From NCBI RefSeq assembly GCF_006345805.1, contig NC_043004.1, positions 72,292,001 through 72,356,000 on the forward strand: 64,000 nt of DNA, written 5' to 3'. The number at the start of each line of letters is the position of its first letter. The stretch's first letter is position 1. This document shows positions 25,540-39,681 of this stretch, piece by piece. The stretch is from Octopus sinensis (taxonomy: Eukaryota). The notes under the pieces are model-generated. The model was not told where the DNA came from and did not search any database. It was given only the letters and a program-made list of their open reading frames with translations. The position numbers and the translations under genes are program-made.

Positions 25540-27000
25540 AAGGGCCGCTTATATTATCAGCAAATGGACAATAATAATTATATCTTAGCAAGCTTTGTTT
25601 ACGCGACGTCATAAGGTTTAAATTTACCTGCAAAATTAATATAAGGACATAAACACCTCAGACAAAAGGTATAATCAGGAACTACAAAAGGTTCATTATG
25701 GAGATGGCAAATCAAAATCTTCCATAGGATTTTTGACATCCAAACAGAGAGAAATGAACACCATTGACCAGATATCCTTCTCAGCATCAGCATCAGTATT
25801 ATTCCGCTTCTGCTCTCAAATGCAGCAGGTTGATGCCACTGGCTTTTGTTGGCTGCAATTTTCTCTGCATCATTTTATATTAACATCTCTCATTTCGGTT
25901 ATGAATGTTCTGCGTCATGTATATTTCTTTCTTTTTCTCTAAAGCTAATTTAGAATGGTGTAGTTCTGGTAGTCGAAGTATGTGACCTGCTAGTTTTAAT
26001 CTTAATCTTCGTTATTTGCGGATTTCTCAAAGTGGTCTTGTATTCAGGGACAATAGCGAGTCCCACCGGGAGTGTAATATGAGGACTAATAGAGGAAAGA
26101 TCATTAACTGGAAAACTTTTTGACTGAAATATTACCATAAAAGTAGTAGAAAACTGTCAAAAAGAAAGGATCTTCAAATAGAAATATTTAAGATGCGGGG
26201 CTTCAAAGGGAAAACCACACAAGATATAAACATAGAAGCCATATCAAGACTAACAGCCCTACACATTGTCCAAAACTATAGGATCATCCTGCATCCTGTG
26301 CGAAGCATTATTAATTCAACAGCACAGTCCAAATAGAACAATCTTCAAAGACACAATACAATCTATAAAATAAGGACCTAATAAAATAAAACAGTACAAC
26401 TCGCGCGATATATACTTTACAAGATTAATGCCTAATAAAGTAACACAACTCATATTCCATACACTACACAAGAAATCATCAAACGCTAATATATCACGTG
26501 ATACAACAGGCTGAACTCCGCAGCAAAACAAACCCATGCACTATTCTGACAGGTTAGATCTATACACCTCCATCCCATATAAAAATGAGAACACAGAAAA
26601 TGCTACACACATTTCAGAAACATGGAGTTGCAAGAAACGGTGCAATTGAAACTTGCATGAAACTATCAAAGAAATATCAACAACAATCGCTTCTAATTTA
26701 AAGACAAAGCCATGGATTTTGTGAGGGCATAATGTAATACATCGTTTCCAGTGTTGCATTAATCTATCGATTCTGGGGATAAATTTGAACTCAGAACATA
26801 CAGAGCTGAAAGCAACACACCTAGGCATATTTTCCGATTGTCTAACGATTTTGCCACTCCACAAAGGCCATTCCAAATGCTAAACTACTGTCCTTCTAAA
26901 ATTATTTCTAAGATAAGTACAAGAACTAAAATTTGGAGAGAGGACGAAAGACATTATTTTAGGGTTTCAAAGATTACGCGATTCCAAGACAAATAGAAGT
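25540..27000 (+). mobile_element. Heavily decayed Penelope-like reverse transcriptase remnant
   Basis: Scattered peptides HPVRSIINS, DLYTSIPY and KIWR..DI in the order expected for PLE RT motifs, with many stops and frameshifts. Confidence 0.35.
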
Positions 27001-27229
27001 GTCTTATTTTCTAAAATATTCTGAATTGTTTTTCCAATCCAATTACACTTTACTATTATCAGTCGAGGTGATTCGACATGCATTCTTTCTATCAAAGAAA
27101 TATTATTGGATTGTCATTGTTGGAAAGCTTTTGGTCATTGACCTTTTTCATCACAGCTGAACTGAAGTCAAATAACAAGTTCTGATTTATCCAAATTACA
27201 CGTTTTTATACGTTCAATATCATGAATAA

Positions 27230-28470
27230 CAAACGGGCTATGTGACACTTGCTTGAAAAAGTAAACCATCAATTTAATTAAGCATAACTGATTGTCGTAA
27301 AAAAAAAGACATGACAGAAGTAAACAGGCACACATATCATTAAAATTTAGTTAAATCTGAAATTATATATTCAAATTATGTATTGATTCTTATAATATGA
27401 ATTTCTAATATTTAATAGACATGTCCTTGGCATTTTTCAATGCAAGAAGCCTATTAGGAATGTTATTGTTTAGATTAATATTCTCTTCAGGAATTTCTTG
27501 CCACGTTACGTGCAGTAATCTCAGAAGACCCGGCTGTGAGCATGCCTTTTTGTTCTTTTTACGAAGTATCTCGTCCATTATGCCCCAATTGCATTCAATA
27601 GGATTCATATCTGATGTCTAGCTTGGCTGTGGAAGCTTCTTAAGGCCATTCTCTTCCAACCGATCTTGGGTCTTTTTAAACGTGTGACAAGGAGCCCCAT
27701 CTTCGATAAATAGAGCGTCACCTTTAATCATTTTACCACTGGAGAAGATTGAGAGGAATGACTTCGGCAATATGGAGACATATTTATTTAAGTTTATGTT
27801 TCCCTTACACTCCACCAGCTCTGTTCAACCATTACTATAAATTACTCCCCAGACCATCAGATTGTTGGTTGCAATCTCTTCACATCGAATTCTTAACCAC
27901 AGAATCTCCAGACAAACACTTGATCACTGTCTGAAAAAGCAGCAAACCTGAACTCATCAGAGAATATGACAATGTCGCAAAATGCTAGTGCCCTCTCTAC
28001 CATCTCACTGGCCCAATCTTCTCCGCTTGATATTGGCGTCTTTAAAAAGTGGCTTTCTCCTTGCTGCTTTGTCATTGTAACCAAGTTTATGAAGACACCT
28101 GGCAGCTGTTCTGAGACTGACATCAAATTGTTCTGCTATGTCAGATTTGTTGTAACGAGGAGTATCCGGGAGACTTCTCTTAATAAAGGAAAGGGCCCTG
28201 TCAGAATGTCCTGGTCGACCTGGACGAGGTAGTGGGTACTCCTTCCCTTCTATGGGGAATTGTGCAATCACTCTATTCACTGTAGAAAGTGGGACCACGA
28301 AGTTTTCTGCGACTTTATGCTGGTGAAGTCCACCTACAGATAGACTGGCAATATGGCCTCTTTGAAATTCGGACAGTTCTAAGGTTTCTTTTGTACGTGG
28401 CATGATAGGCAGTGACAAACAGAAACTGAGTCACGAAAATGTCAAGTAACAAAAAAAATATACCTTTTTA
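27230..28470 (-). mobile_element. Degenerate Tc1-family transposon
   Basis: MPRTKE..ELSEFQRGHI (paired HTH), RPGRP, AARRKPL, VIFSDEFRF, FIEDGAPCHT and MNPIECNW. Boundaries are approximate because TIRs were not resolved. Confidence 0.85.
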
Positions 28471-28602
28471 AGTTGAAATAAACATCAAACTATGTTTTAT
28501 GGGGTGTCTATTTGCTTGTTTTATATTTTATGGGGTGTCATGTATTTGTATAGTCGTTCAAGTTTTCATTATGATAATCCTTATTAAATTTATCAATTGT
28601 AG

Positions 28603-28712
28603 TATCACAACACCGTATTTTTACATGGATTTTGGAAACGATTTCAACTATGGTAACTGGATCGAAGCCAAAATGGTTAATGGATACTACAAACTTATTA
28701 TGTATTACAACG
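28603..28712 (+). CDS. Host gene exon D
   Basis: Acceptor AATTGTAG| and strong donor G|GTATGT, phase 2 to 1, open: (D)ITTPYFYMDFGNDFNYGNWIEAKMVNGYYKLIMYYN. Confidence 0.7.
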
Positions 28713-28755
28713 GTATGTAAAATGTATCACCCTGTTTGTGAGTGGATATATATAT

Positions 28756-29733
28756 ATGCGCTTGGCTTAGATTTCCCTTGGCTGGCTGGCCATATCGGAG
28801 CAATCTCAAGATTAATCAGCCGAAATTGCTAAGATGATCTGGTTCTTGACTGATGACTGAGGGCTTCGAATGTCCCGTCCTGTGGTTCTTGTGTCGTCTC
28901 TGTGGTGTTTCATGTTCTTGTCCATGTCTGTAATTATTTTTACTGTTTACCTATATAATCGGCGGCTACGTATCCACAATTGACCTTATACGATAAGTAT
29001 ATTTTTTCTCTAGCATTGATACGACTCTTAATCTGTCTCTTTTTCTCTCTCTCTCTCCTCCCTTATTCCCCTTCCTTTCTTTCCCTCTCCATCCGTCTCT
29101 CCCCCCCTTCTACGTTTCTCTATCTCTCTCACCTCCAGCCCCCTCGATCTGTCTCTTCTCTTCTCCTCCCTCGTCCACCTTCTCTCTCTTTTCATCTGTC
29201 CCTTTCTCCTGTCTTCTGTTCTCACGTGACAGCTAGCCGCCGTTGAGCGCTCTTTTCGTTTTCAGCAGCCGCAGAAGCAACACGTATTTGTTCGTCTCCC
29301 CGTGGCCATTAGGCACAACTTCACAAGCCAGCCCCATACTCAACTCGTCCTGTCGAAAGACCCTTGTCCCACGTCCTGGTTTTGTTTTGTTGTTTATTTT
29401 TTATTTTTATTTTTACCGTTATTGTTTTTACGTTTTTGTATTCTTATTGGTGTCACGTATTCTGTATTTTTGTTTATGTACTTCGTTCGTTTTCCGTCCT
29501 CGCGTTGTATACATTCGAAGCTTTCTTCCAGGGGATCTAATGCGCTTGGCTTAGATTTCCCTTGGCTGGCTGGCCATATCGGAGCAATCTCAAGATTAAT
29601 CAGCCGAAATTGCTAAGATGATCTGGTTCTTGACTGATGACTGAGGGCTTCGAATGTCCCGTCCTGTGGTTCTTGTGTCGTCTCTGTGGTGTTTCATGTT
29701 CTTGTCCATGTCTGTAATTATTTTTACTGTTTA

Positions 29734-29737
<4 letters not shown>
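28756..29737 (-). mobile_element. Non-coding element: ~784-bp monomer with ~200-bp terminal direct repeat, TA-flanked
   Basis: 28757-28957 is identical to 29541-29740. There is (TA)n on both sides and no convincing ORF. A hammerhead-like fold lies at 29526-29609 (minus). Confidence 0.8.
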
Positions 29738-29767
<30 letters not shown>

Positions 29768-29840
29768 TATGAGTATATATATATATATATATATATGCAT
29801 ATATACATTCATTGATAGATAGATAGACAGACAGACAGAC

Positions 29841-29913
<73 letters not shown>

Positions 29914-30006
29914 CATATATACATACATACATACATACATACATACATAGATACATACATACATACATACATACATACATACATACATACATACATACAT
30001 ACATAC

Positions 30007-30069
<63 letters not shown>

Positions 30070-30399
30070 TACATTTGTCTGGGGAGAGTCAAAGTGCTTT
30101 AATACAACGAAGTTTGTTTCAGCTCACGGATTAACATGAGGAATCGTGAAAACCAAATACAAAACGAAGTAAATATATGTATGTGTATGTGTTCGAATAG
30201 GATGTAGATATGTATGTGTGTATGTCTGTATGTGTGTATGTCTGTATGAGTGTGCGTGTGCGTGTGTCTGTGTGTTTGTGTGTGTGTGTGAGTCCGTGTG
30301 TGTGTGTATGGAAAAGTATGCATATTTGAATACTAATTATTTTTATACAAGCTACTTTTGGATTACATACATATGTATACATGTTAATTCGCACGTCGA

Positions 30400-33197
30400 A
30401 TATTAATTCCAAATTGGTACCTGGCTCCCATAAGACCACCAAATCTGCAACGAGAAAAGGGTTCGGTAGAATACCGCAATTGTCCATCGTGAAGGGAAGC
30501 GTTCAGATCTTAGGTAGAGGAGTTCGTTCGAGACGTATGTTGAGTCTCCACCGAATGATGAAACAATCAGTATTAAATCTTCAAATCGTGCTGAGAGGTG
30601 TGGGGTGAGAGCAGAAGGGTTGCGTGTCCCAGCATGCCGACGTGGGTCCCAGAAGAAACAAACGTTAATTATTGGGATTTGGAATGTTACAACTCTTATC
30701 GTTAAAGAGTAAGGACTAGAGGAGGAGGTTAAACGCTCCTCGCTACATATAGTTGGTGTCTCTTCTACTAGGTTCCCTGGTTCTGGCACTGTACATTTGG
30801 ATAGAAGGTGGACACTTCCTTAGTCAGGGGTGGTGCCAACTACGTCTTTCCTTGTTGGGGTGGGGATACTCTCAGGTGCGGGCTGTTGGGTTGTGTTAAT
30901 CAGTGGATCCCATTAGGTGGGAAAGTTTGTCTCCTGAAATTCAGACTGAAAGAAGGGCCGCTGTGGCTTTTACAGGATATTCACCAAAGAGTAAAACTAT
31001 TTACATTCCTTTACTTGATGAAGTCACCGCAGCATTAAATGTAATTTCAGCTGGAAATGGGGTCTCCGATATAAGTATACCCGGTATATGAATACTTCGA
31101 GAGAGATGCCAACGAGAAATCTTGTTATCGTTTTGAACGTCTTTTGAGTCTATGATGGACGTTCGGGTAAAAGCAAGAGCAGAGTTATCAACTGATCCTC
31201 ACGTAGGTGTCTGCAAATTGAGACTGTCTATGACCGGAAGAACTCACAAAACCGATAATTCAAGTAAGACTTACCGAATTAAGTGAGAAACCTTGGCAGA
31301 TGATAAGATCGGGAACAAATATGCGGGTACGTTAGAATCGTAATTCAAAGTCATTCCGGTACAAATTGAGCAGGTCAAAACGGAGTGGAGTTTGTTTTGT
31401 TCGGCAGTTTCTTCTGTTGAATAATTCTGTGGACGAAAGCGTTTCTGTGTGGCACCAGATTCTAAAGGAACATTCTGGTTATACCAAGAAGTTAATGATT
31501 CCATCTGAGCAAAGAAGGACGTTTATAAAGCTTGGCTTCTGAAACAAGTCTTCTCTTTTGCGCAGGCGATACAGCAAGTCGCGAAAAGTTGTACCAGAGA
31601 AAATACAAACGACGAAGGATAAACCATGTGAGGACTTTAGTGTTAAGCTGCATTCTAACTTTAGAATGCCCAGTAAAGTATTGTGGCAGAGCATCTGCTG
31701 TCTTCGTAACGAAAATGTCTCTTCTATACCTTCCATGAAGAATTCTGCTGTAGTTTTTCTCTCTACAGAGAGGAGATGGAGGAAATCCTTTACTAATCAC
31801 AATAAAATCTCCTGGTTCACATGTATTTATGGGCGAAGACTAAACCTCACAGCTAGAAGCAGCTAAGGTGCTCGAATGAGACAAATCTGATGGAGGGCAT
31901 GAAATTCGACATGAGATGTTAAACGCTTTTTATAGAAGAGCTATTTTCTGGTTGATTCGTGTATCCCAGCTGACATAAACATCAAGGAAGACATCAAAGC
32001 AATCCGAATATTAATCCCATTTGTTAAAGCAAGAGAGAGAGAGTGTGTGCACTATTTTTAAAGGGATCTTCTTGTTTAGCTTCCCCGGTAAAAATTTGTC
32101 CTAAGTGACTGAAAAACAAAAGAATGGAAATTGTCGAGCATAAGGCCGTTGAAGAAAAATGTGGCCTCCATCCTGGACACCTCACAACTGATCAAGTGTC
32201 ACTTTATGACGAGTATCAGAGAGATCGTGAGAATATTACCAAGACGCACGCATTATAGACCTCAATGAACGTGCGTCGCAGGATATGTTGCGGAAGATTT
32301 TTCAGGAATCTGTGTACGGAGTGCGGTAAAGTCCCTATACGAATTCCCAGATGTCTGTGTTCGGTCAACGGGTGCTAAATGGAAACTGTTCAACATAGGA
32401 AGATGGATTTTGGCAGGAATATGCATAGGCACCCCTCCTTTCCATAATTTTTATGAATGGATTGACACACATTACTTGTGGATGTGTATGTAACACAACC
32501 TGTGCGTGGAGGATCAGTCGGCTGATATTTATAGAAGACATTTTGAAGCTTGGCTCAGCAGGAGGTGAGCTCCAACATGCAGTGAATAGGTTCACTGCTA
32601 AATGCTGTAAGACGGAAATGAGAGCAAGTGTTGGGGAGACTGTGACACTGGAATTCTCGAGAAAGTCTTCCAGTGCACTGTGCATATGTTAGTGGAACGA
32701 GTATCTTGGAGCTGTATTTACGAATGATGGCAAGTAGGAGGCTGAATTGAGTGCTACAATGGTAGAGTAATGGGTCGGCTCTGGTATTCGATCCTTAGAA
32801 GAGGAGAGGTAAATCAGCAAGCCAAACACGCTACGATTGCGAATACAAGCAGCCGAAATGAGGTTCTTTTTAAGGACATTTGGATAAACGTTACTCGGCG
32901 GGAGAAAGGGTTTCTCTTCAGATCTAGCTGCTACTTTTCTGCATTGAAAGGTCACAGCATCAGTGTTGTGAATATCACAGAAATAAATCACAAGAAGGAT
33001 TCTTTAAGCCGAATCAACCGACAGGATTTGTTAATATCGATAGTGTCAGTTGGTCATTCTTGGAAATCTTACCAGATTGTCTAGTGGTCGTTGCCTCTAA
33101 AAAGATTTTATGAGAGAGATACCTAAGGATTCTAACGCCATCAAGATTGATGGGTGAATAGATTGATGGATGGATGGATGGATGGATGGATGGATGG
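30400..33197 (+). mobile_element. Decayed RTE-clade LINE with (GGAT)n tail
   Basis: APE pieces IGIWNVTTL..GLEEEVKR..IVGVSST and YSPKSKTIYIPLLDEV. RT pieces KVLWQSICCLR and FIEDILKLGSAGGELQHAVNRFTAKC. Ends in GGAT repeats. Confidence 0.8.
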
Positions 33198-33297
33198 NNN
33201 NNNNNNNNNNNNNNNNNNNNNNNNNNNNNNNNNNNNNNNNNNNNNNNNNNNNNNNNNNNNNNNNNNNNNNNNNNNNNNNNNNNNNNNNNNNNNNNNN
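33198..33297. other. Assembly gap (100 N)
   Basis: Run of exactly 100 N between GGAT and GGAC repeats, inside the last host-gene intron. Confidence 1.
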
Positions 33298-33464
33298 GAC
33301 GGACGGACGGACGGACGGATGGACGGAAGGATGGATGGATGGGTATGCCCTGGTGTGTATGCAAGACGTGTATATTTTTTTGTGTGTGAACATACATACA
33401 CACATATGCATGTGTGTATGTATATATGTATGTGTGTATGTATGTATTAATATATATATGTATA

Positions 33465-33511
<47 letters not shown>

Positions 33512-33640
33512 GAATGCATGTATATAATTTTTAACAATTTTTTCCTTCTTTTCTTTTCCAGACGGTTACTCTAATCATGATCATTGAGAAATACAGTTAA
33601 CTTCATAAGTCTTTAACAAATTTTATCTTTTTTTTTCCAG

Positions 33641-33690
33641 GTCAGGAATATACTAGAGATGATTTGATCATCTCAGTCCTTTTCAAGTAG
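33641..33690 (+). CDS. Host gene terminal coding exon E (candidate)
   Basis: Very strong acceptor TTTTATCTTTTTTTTTCCAG|. Phase 1 gives (G)QEYTRDDLIISVLFK*, and AATAAA follows at 33851. Confidence 0.55.
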
Positions 33691-33850
33691 AATACGCTTT
33701 ATTCCGGAAGTTGTGTATCATTACGTTATAATTGTATACATACATACCTACAAACATACTTATTCATGAACGTACATACGTACGTATAGCACATATACAC
33801 AGATAAATGGATAGACAGACAGACACAGAGATAGTGGAAATGAAGTGATG

Positions 33851-33856
33851 AATAAA
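33851..33856 (+). promoter_or_regulatory. Candidate polyadenylation signal of host gene
   Basis: AATAAA 160 nt after the predicted stop codon. The hexamer is common in AT-rich DNA. Confidence 0.35.
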
Positions 33857-34575
33857 ATTATTATAGGAAGAACAAGGTTCAATGTAAATATTATTAACAT
33901 AACGCTTTAATGGGAATAGAAATAGTTTTAACATTACGGACGTGAGACCTTTACTGGAAGAAAGACAAAAGCATGTGGGACTGCGTAAACCGAGTATTCA
34001 GTGTGAGAGAGAAAGAAGCAGACGAAGTGTTAGGAAATGCGGTTCTATGAAAGGAAGTTAAGAAGGAGAGGTGAATGTTGATGTGCAAGTATAGACGAGT
34101 ATTAATGTGTGGTAAATGGCACATAAGGAACTGGTATGTGAGTGGTTGTTTGGCATGCATGATGAAAGCGCGGATGTGTGAAGATATAGGGACGAACGAG
34201 AATTAGGCAAGAGAAATGTGGAAGGTGTGATCGATGTGTGTGTGTGTAAATGTATGAGTGTGAGTTTTTTCTTACATAGAAGGAATGCTTGAGCTAAAAG
34301 AAGCAAACGAGAGTGAAAAGACACGAGTCCTGTGAGAGAAAAATGGAGGGAAAAATATCTAAAAACTACAAGACATTGGTAAAATCTAAATCAAAAGCAA
34401 ATAAGAGGAAAATACACATACATGTATATGTGTATATAGATAGATAGATAGATAGATAGATACATACATACATACATACATACATACATACATACTGACA
34501 GACAGACAGACAGACAGACACACACACACACCACACACACACACACACACCACACACACACACACACACACACGG

Positions 34576-34791
34576 AGTAATCCCTCGCAATATCGCAGCT
34601 CACCTATCGCGGTTTATTATTTAAGCTTACATCGATTCGTCCGTGGTGTTATTTTACATTTATGATTAAAAAGATGTAAACAAATTATAATTTTTTTTAA
34701 TATACTGTACAGTACTTTTTCTACTTCGCGGATTTTCACGTATCGCGGGAGGTTTTGAAACGCAACATCCGCGATAGTTGAGGGATTACTG
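34576..34791. mobile_element. Tigger/pogo-like MITE
   Basis: TIRs AGTAATCCCTCGCAATATCGC / GCGATAGTTGAGGGATTACTG, with TA at the right end. Confidence 0.7.
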
Positions 34792-35360
34792 TATATATAT
34801 ATTAATGTTTGTATTACTGTCAAGTTATGAAAACTATTTAACGTTAAACTGAAGGAGTACACTATATCATTTAGTATTGAACGTATTTATTAATCTTAAA
34901 TCTTTTGCAAAGAGAAGCGAAACAGTGACTTCGAAGGTTCTACCTGCTCGCCTTCGTCATATTGACAACAAATGTATGTGTGTGTGTGTGTGTGTGTAAA
35001 TCCTATGTGCATTTGCACACGTCTAAGAACGCTGATCCTTGTAACCATGAAGCTAGGTAACGTACTAACTCCACGATCAACGAATGATAAAATCAGTAAC
35101 AAACTGCACTTATTATCAATTGATTTAATCTCACATTTTTGGTTGAGGCTAAAAACATCTCATCGTTTCACAGGTTTATCAGCCATTAAAAATGCCACTG
35201 TTTGACTCTATTTTATTACGAAATTGTAATAAACATACATTATTAGGTATCAGAAGCTTTCGTTGCCCATATCCTCCATGATTTTAGCACTACTTCACTG
35301 GATCTGAGATGAAATATTTTGATGTAATACACATGTGTGTATCTGTGCGTGCGTGTGCCA

Positions 35361-35445
<85 letters not shown>

Positions 35446-35489
35446 TGTATATTAAATTAATAATTTGCAGAGATGGAGTATACATGTAA

Positions 35490-35815
35490 AGGTGAGGAAC
35501 ACAATCCGGGTACCTTTCAACGTAAGTCTTTCGATCTGATCTCACCTAGAGATAAACAACATATGCGTGTCATTTAAATTTACAATATGTTACTGGTATT
35601 TATCTTCTATGCCGCACCCTATGATGAATTGCAATGTTTAACCATATAGTCTTTTTAAGATTTAACTAAGTATCAAATCTACAGAATCATCCGGACTTAG
35701 CACATTAAAAAGTGAAATTAAAATACACCAGTGTGCATGTGTTGTTTATCTCCAGGTGAACTCGGATCGAAAGATTTATGTTGAAAGGCACTCGGATTGT
35801 GTTCCTCACTTTTTC
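35490..35815. mobile_element. MITE-like inverted repeat
   Basis: GTGAGGAACACAATCCG..AGATAAACAACA (35490-35565) recurs as a diverged reverse complement at ~35740-35812. Confidence 0.7.
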
Positions 35816-38097
35816 GTGTATACCAAGAAAGACATCTAAGGTGAGCTGGTAATTTCAAGGTGATAGGAGATAATTTGAAGGAATGTATCTGATATTTTAA
35901 TGACTCTACCATGATATAATTATTATAAGCGTGTACGAGTGTTTGTGAGTTTGTAAGAGGGAGAGAAAGAGAGCGATAGTGGGAGAGAGAGACTAAACTG
36001 CTATGAGACTTAAGATTGTCTTCAATTTTAACTTCTCTTTGACGAATTCACTCAAACAAAAATATCCGTTATCGTAACTTATTTAAACTACCCACTCTTT
36101 TACTATATTCCCACACTCACACAGGCTTACGGTAATTTCACACATTGCACTCTGTATATTTTTATACTCCAAAAATATCCTTTTCAGTTTTTTAAGGATG
36201 GAACAGAAAGACATCTGCCGGGTGTAGATGTAGTATTTTTAATCGACCACACTGCTACTTCTATGGCATGTTCAGCAAATTCTTTAAGAAAACACCTGAG
36301 TCGGTTTTACAATATACGTGCAAATGTTTTGTTCGGTTCCTTATTTCAGAGTTTATATTTCCTCATCCTGTAAGACACTGGACGATATTACTCAAACACA
36401 CATCTTTACATATTTTCTGGCCATATGCTGAGTAAACTTTCTGGAACATTCTGTTACACACAAAGACAAGTTCACGGATTTAGTTTCCGAATGTAATATT
36501 CGTTGTAATTTTTATCTTTCTGCACTTTTTCCCACGATCCGTTGAGATCCAGTTATATCGTTGTTAAATAAAACATCTTAATCCAAACAAAATAGACTTG
36601 TCTTTCATATTTTTAAAACACTTTCCTCTACTCTATATCAACTTTGATGTTTAAAATTAATGCTAAACAGTTGACCCTGACGTGAGAAATATCATCTGGC
36701 GACCAACCCAAGCAACGATTGAAAGAATTTTTTAAAACTTTTATACTAAGTTTTAAGTTCGGTGAACTTTAAAATAAGAGTTTTCCAACTTTACGGCGTC
36801 TCCGATTACGACTAGGGAAAATACTCTGCTCAGTTCCACCTCAGTACTTTCTACAGAGAGTAGTTTTGCAGTAAACAGTGACTTGCAACCGTAACCGGTC
36901 TGAAGTCATTCTTTGCCATTCAAATATTGCCCTAAATCTCAAACTTCGTCATCGATAGAAAACACTCGTTGAATCATCGTATTGTCTTCGCCTACGAAAA
37001 GCAGAACAAAGCATTGATGAAATGAAGGAACCAGATTCTTTCATAACTAAAGAATAAATATTAGTTACGCTGATTGCAGTGGATCCTGGCTTATCACTTT
37101 CGAGAGTATTTAAGTTTTTTTTCCTTTTACATTCTATATTAGACTAAAGAAGTGTCTACGACATTCCATCTTGAACTTTTCATTCCTCTTCTTCTCAGTG
37201 ATCGGACAAATTATCCCTTCTTTGAATTACTTTCTGTACAGTAATTCATCGCAGTTTTGAGTATGTAGGTCATTTTCCTTTAGTTATTCATTTTGTAATT
37301 TCTATTCTTTTAGTTTCAGGTAGGATGGTGCTATCTATGCTTGTAGCCAGTTTGCGTATAGCTTTCTGCACACGCCCGCATGGATATTTTAAATGATACA
37401 AGCACAAACACACAGATACACACACACACACACATACACAACTGCTCACCTGAGTAGTGACTGAATCAGCATTTTTTGTTTATAGTTTCTTCACTTACTC
37501 AGCAACTTGTTCATATTCACTTATGGCTTTGTAAATCACAAGAATAGAGAAAAGCTGTAACCCAGTACAACTTGTTTCATGATCGAAACGTCAAGGACTA
37601 ATCTAGCAACACCATCAAAACCCACCTTACACCAAATGATGAATAAAATGGGTTTTGGACACACTGTAAGATGAAAAGCGAAGCCAGTCAAAAGACAGAT
37701 GAAGTTAGAAGAGACAACAGAAATCTACGATATCCAATGATTGCACAAATTGGCTGATGCTACAAATGTATCTTATTTGTTGTTTACAATTTATGACAGA
37801 CCTATATCTATTAAATCAATAAGTTTGAATTGAGAAGCTGAGGAATCAAATAAGTTTAAGTTTTGTTATCGGTGTCCAGGAAGTTGTTATTAATCTTTAG
37901 TTACTGACCATCACCGATTAAGCCGTCAATATGACCAAAGGCCTTCGAGACGCAAATATTTTTTTGTTTTTGTCACATGCCGTATCGGTAATGCAACATT
38001 ATCCAACGGTGCATTCACTGTTGAAATTTGAGGAAAACATGCGAACTCTTTCCAGCATATCGAGCTACCCCAGAGAGATTTATCCATGGGGATTATA

Positions 38098-39262
38098 TCA
38101 GGTTGAGTAAAAAGTAAGCAACGTTTTGAAGCATGAAGAATTTGTACCGGATTTTTGCAGAGTTTTGAATTTCTTTAGAACATTTTTTTCAATAGTTTGA
38201 TAATACAGACATAGACTTGTCCAAATGCATCACTGAATTAAAATTGATATTTTTTCATCGTTGTTACAATCATCTGAAATGGAACTCTCAAAATGCGATA
38301 TTCAAGTAATTTTGCTATTCAACTTCAAAACAGGACGTAAAGTAGCTGAAATTGCTCGTGATGCCAACGAAACGTTTGATAATGAAATGACCAGTGGATG
38401 GTCAGCTCGAAAATGGTTTAAACAATTTCACAGTAGAGATCTGAACCTTCAAGATCGTGAGCGTAGTGGAAGCCCGTCTGTTATTGATTATGGTCAATTA
38501 AAGACTGTCATTGAGAAAGATTGAAGTAAAACCACTCGAGAACTGGCAAAAGAATTTCAGATTAGCCAGAAAGCTGTCTCCAGCTATTTGCATACGATTG
38601 GAAAATCAAAAATGCTCGACAAATGGGTACCACACAATTTGAATGAAAATCAGAAAATGCGCAGGTATGAAATTTGCTCGTCGCTTCCTCTCCGTAACCG
38701 GACCGATTGTATCTTGCGATGAAAAGCGGAGTCTGTACAATAATAAAAAACGTTCTTCGCAGTGATTAAGCCAAACTACAGCACAGATAATCTTCCCTAA
38801 ACCTGAACTATTCAAAAAGAAGGTCAAGGTGATTGTTTGGTGGTGTTCTGCTAGACTCATCCACTAACACTTCTTAAAACCTGGAAAAACTATTACTGCA
38901 GAGACATAGTGCCATGAAATTGTCAAAATGAACGAAAAACTGGTACTCCTCCGTCACAGACTGGTCAACAGAAGAGGACCAATCATTCTTCATGACAATG
39001 CTCGACCACACGTTTCACTAATGATGGTCCAGAAGTTTAGGGAACATGGCTACGAAGTTCTTCCCCACACATTTCTCGTACCGACTATCACTTTTTCAAG
39101 CACCTTGACGGTTTCCTGCGAGAGAAGGAGTTCAAAATATCAAACCTAAAAGTGCGTTCAAAGAGTTCATCAGCTCCAGAACTCCAGAATTTCATAAACC
39201 AGCTTGTAACTGGTTGGCAAAAATGTGTTGATTATAATGGTAATTACTTTAATGAATAAGAT
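38098..39262 (+). mobile_element. Degenerate mariner transposon
   Basis: Left end TA-TCAGGTTGAGTAAAAAG. Peptides MELSKCDIQVILLFNFKTG..RSGSP, WVPHNLNENQK, CDEK and ILHDNARPH. The right end is lost in (TA)n. Confidence 0.88.
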
Positions 39263-39354
39263 TTATGTATATATATATTTATATATTTATTTATTTATAT
39301 GTTGTGTATATATATATGTGTGTGTGTATGTATATATATATATATATATATATA

Positions 39355-39560
39355 CCAACCACATCAGTTGACAACCGATGCTGGTGTGTTTACGTCCCCG
39401 TAACTTAGTGGTTCAGCAAAAGACACCGATAGAATAAGTACTAGGCTTACAAAGAATAAGTACAGGGATCTATTTACTAGGTTAGAGGCGCTGCTCCAGC
39501 ATGGCCGCTGTCAAATGTCAAATGACTGAAATAAATAAAAGAATGAAAGAAAAGAATAAG
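39355..39560 (+). mobile_element. SINE 3' half (CR1-tail family)
   Basis: GACAACCGATGCTGGTGTGTTTACGTCCCCG..GCTCCAGCATGGCCGC..CAAATGACTGAAA, the same family as the copies at 51477 and 51915. Confidence 0.75.
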
Positions 39561-39647
39561 AGAATATATTATTTTCTACTATAGACACAAGGCCTATAGT
39601 AGAAATATATGCATGTATATACATACATATATATATATATTATATAT

Positions 39648-39669
<22 letters not shown>

Positions 39670-39681
<12 letters not shown>

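Noticed and set aside
35950-37100. Possible decayed transposase or coding remnant
   Set aside because: No motif could be recovered in any frame by eye.
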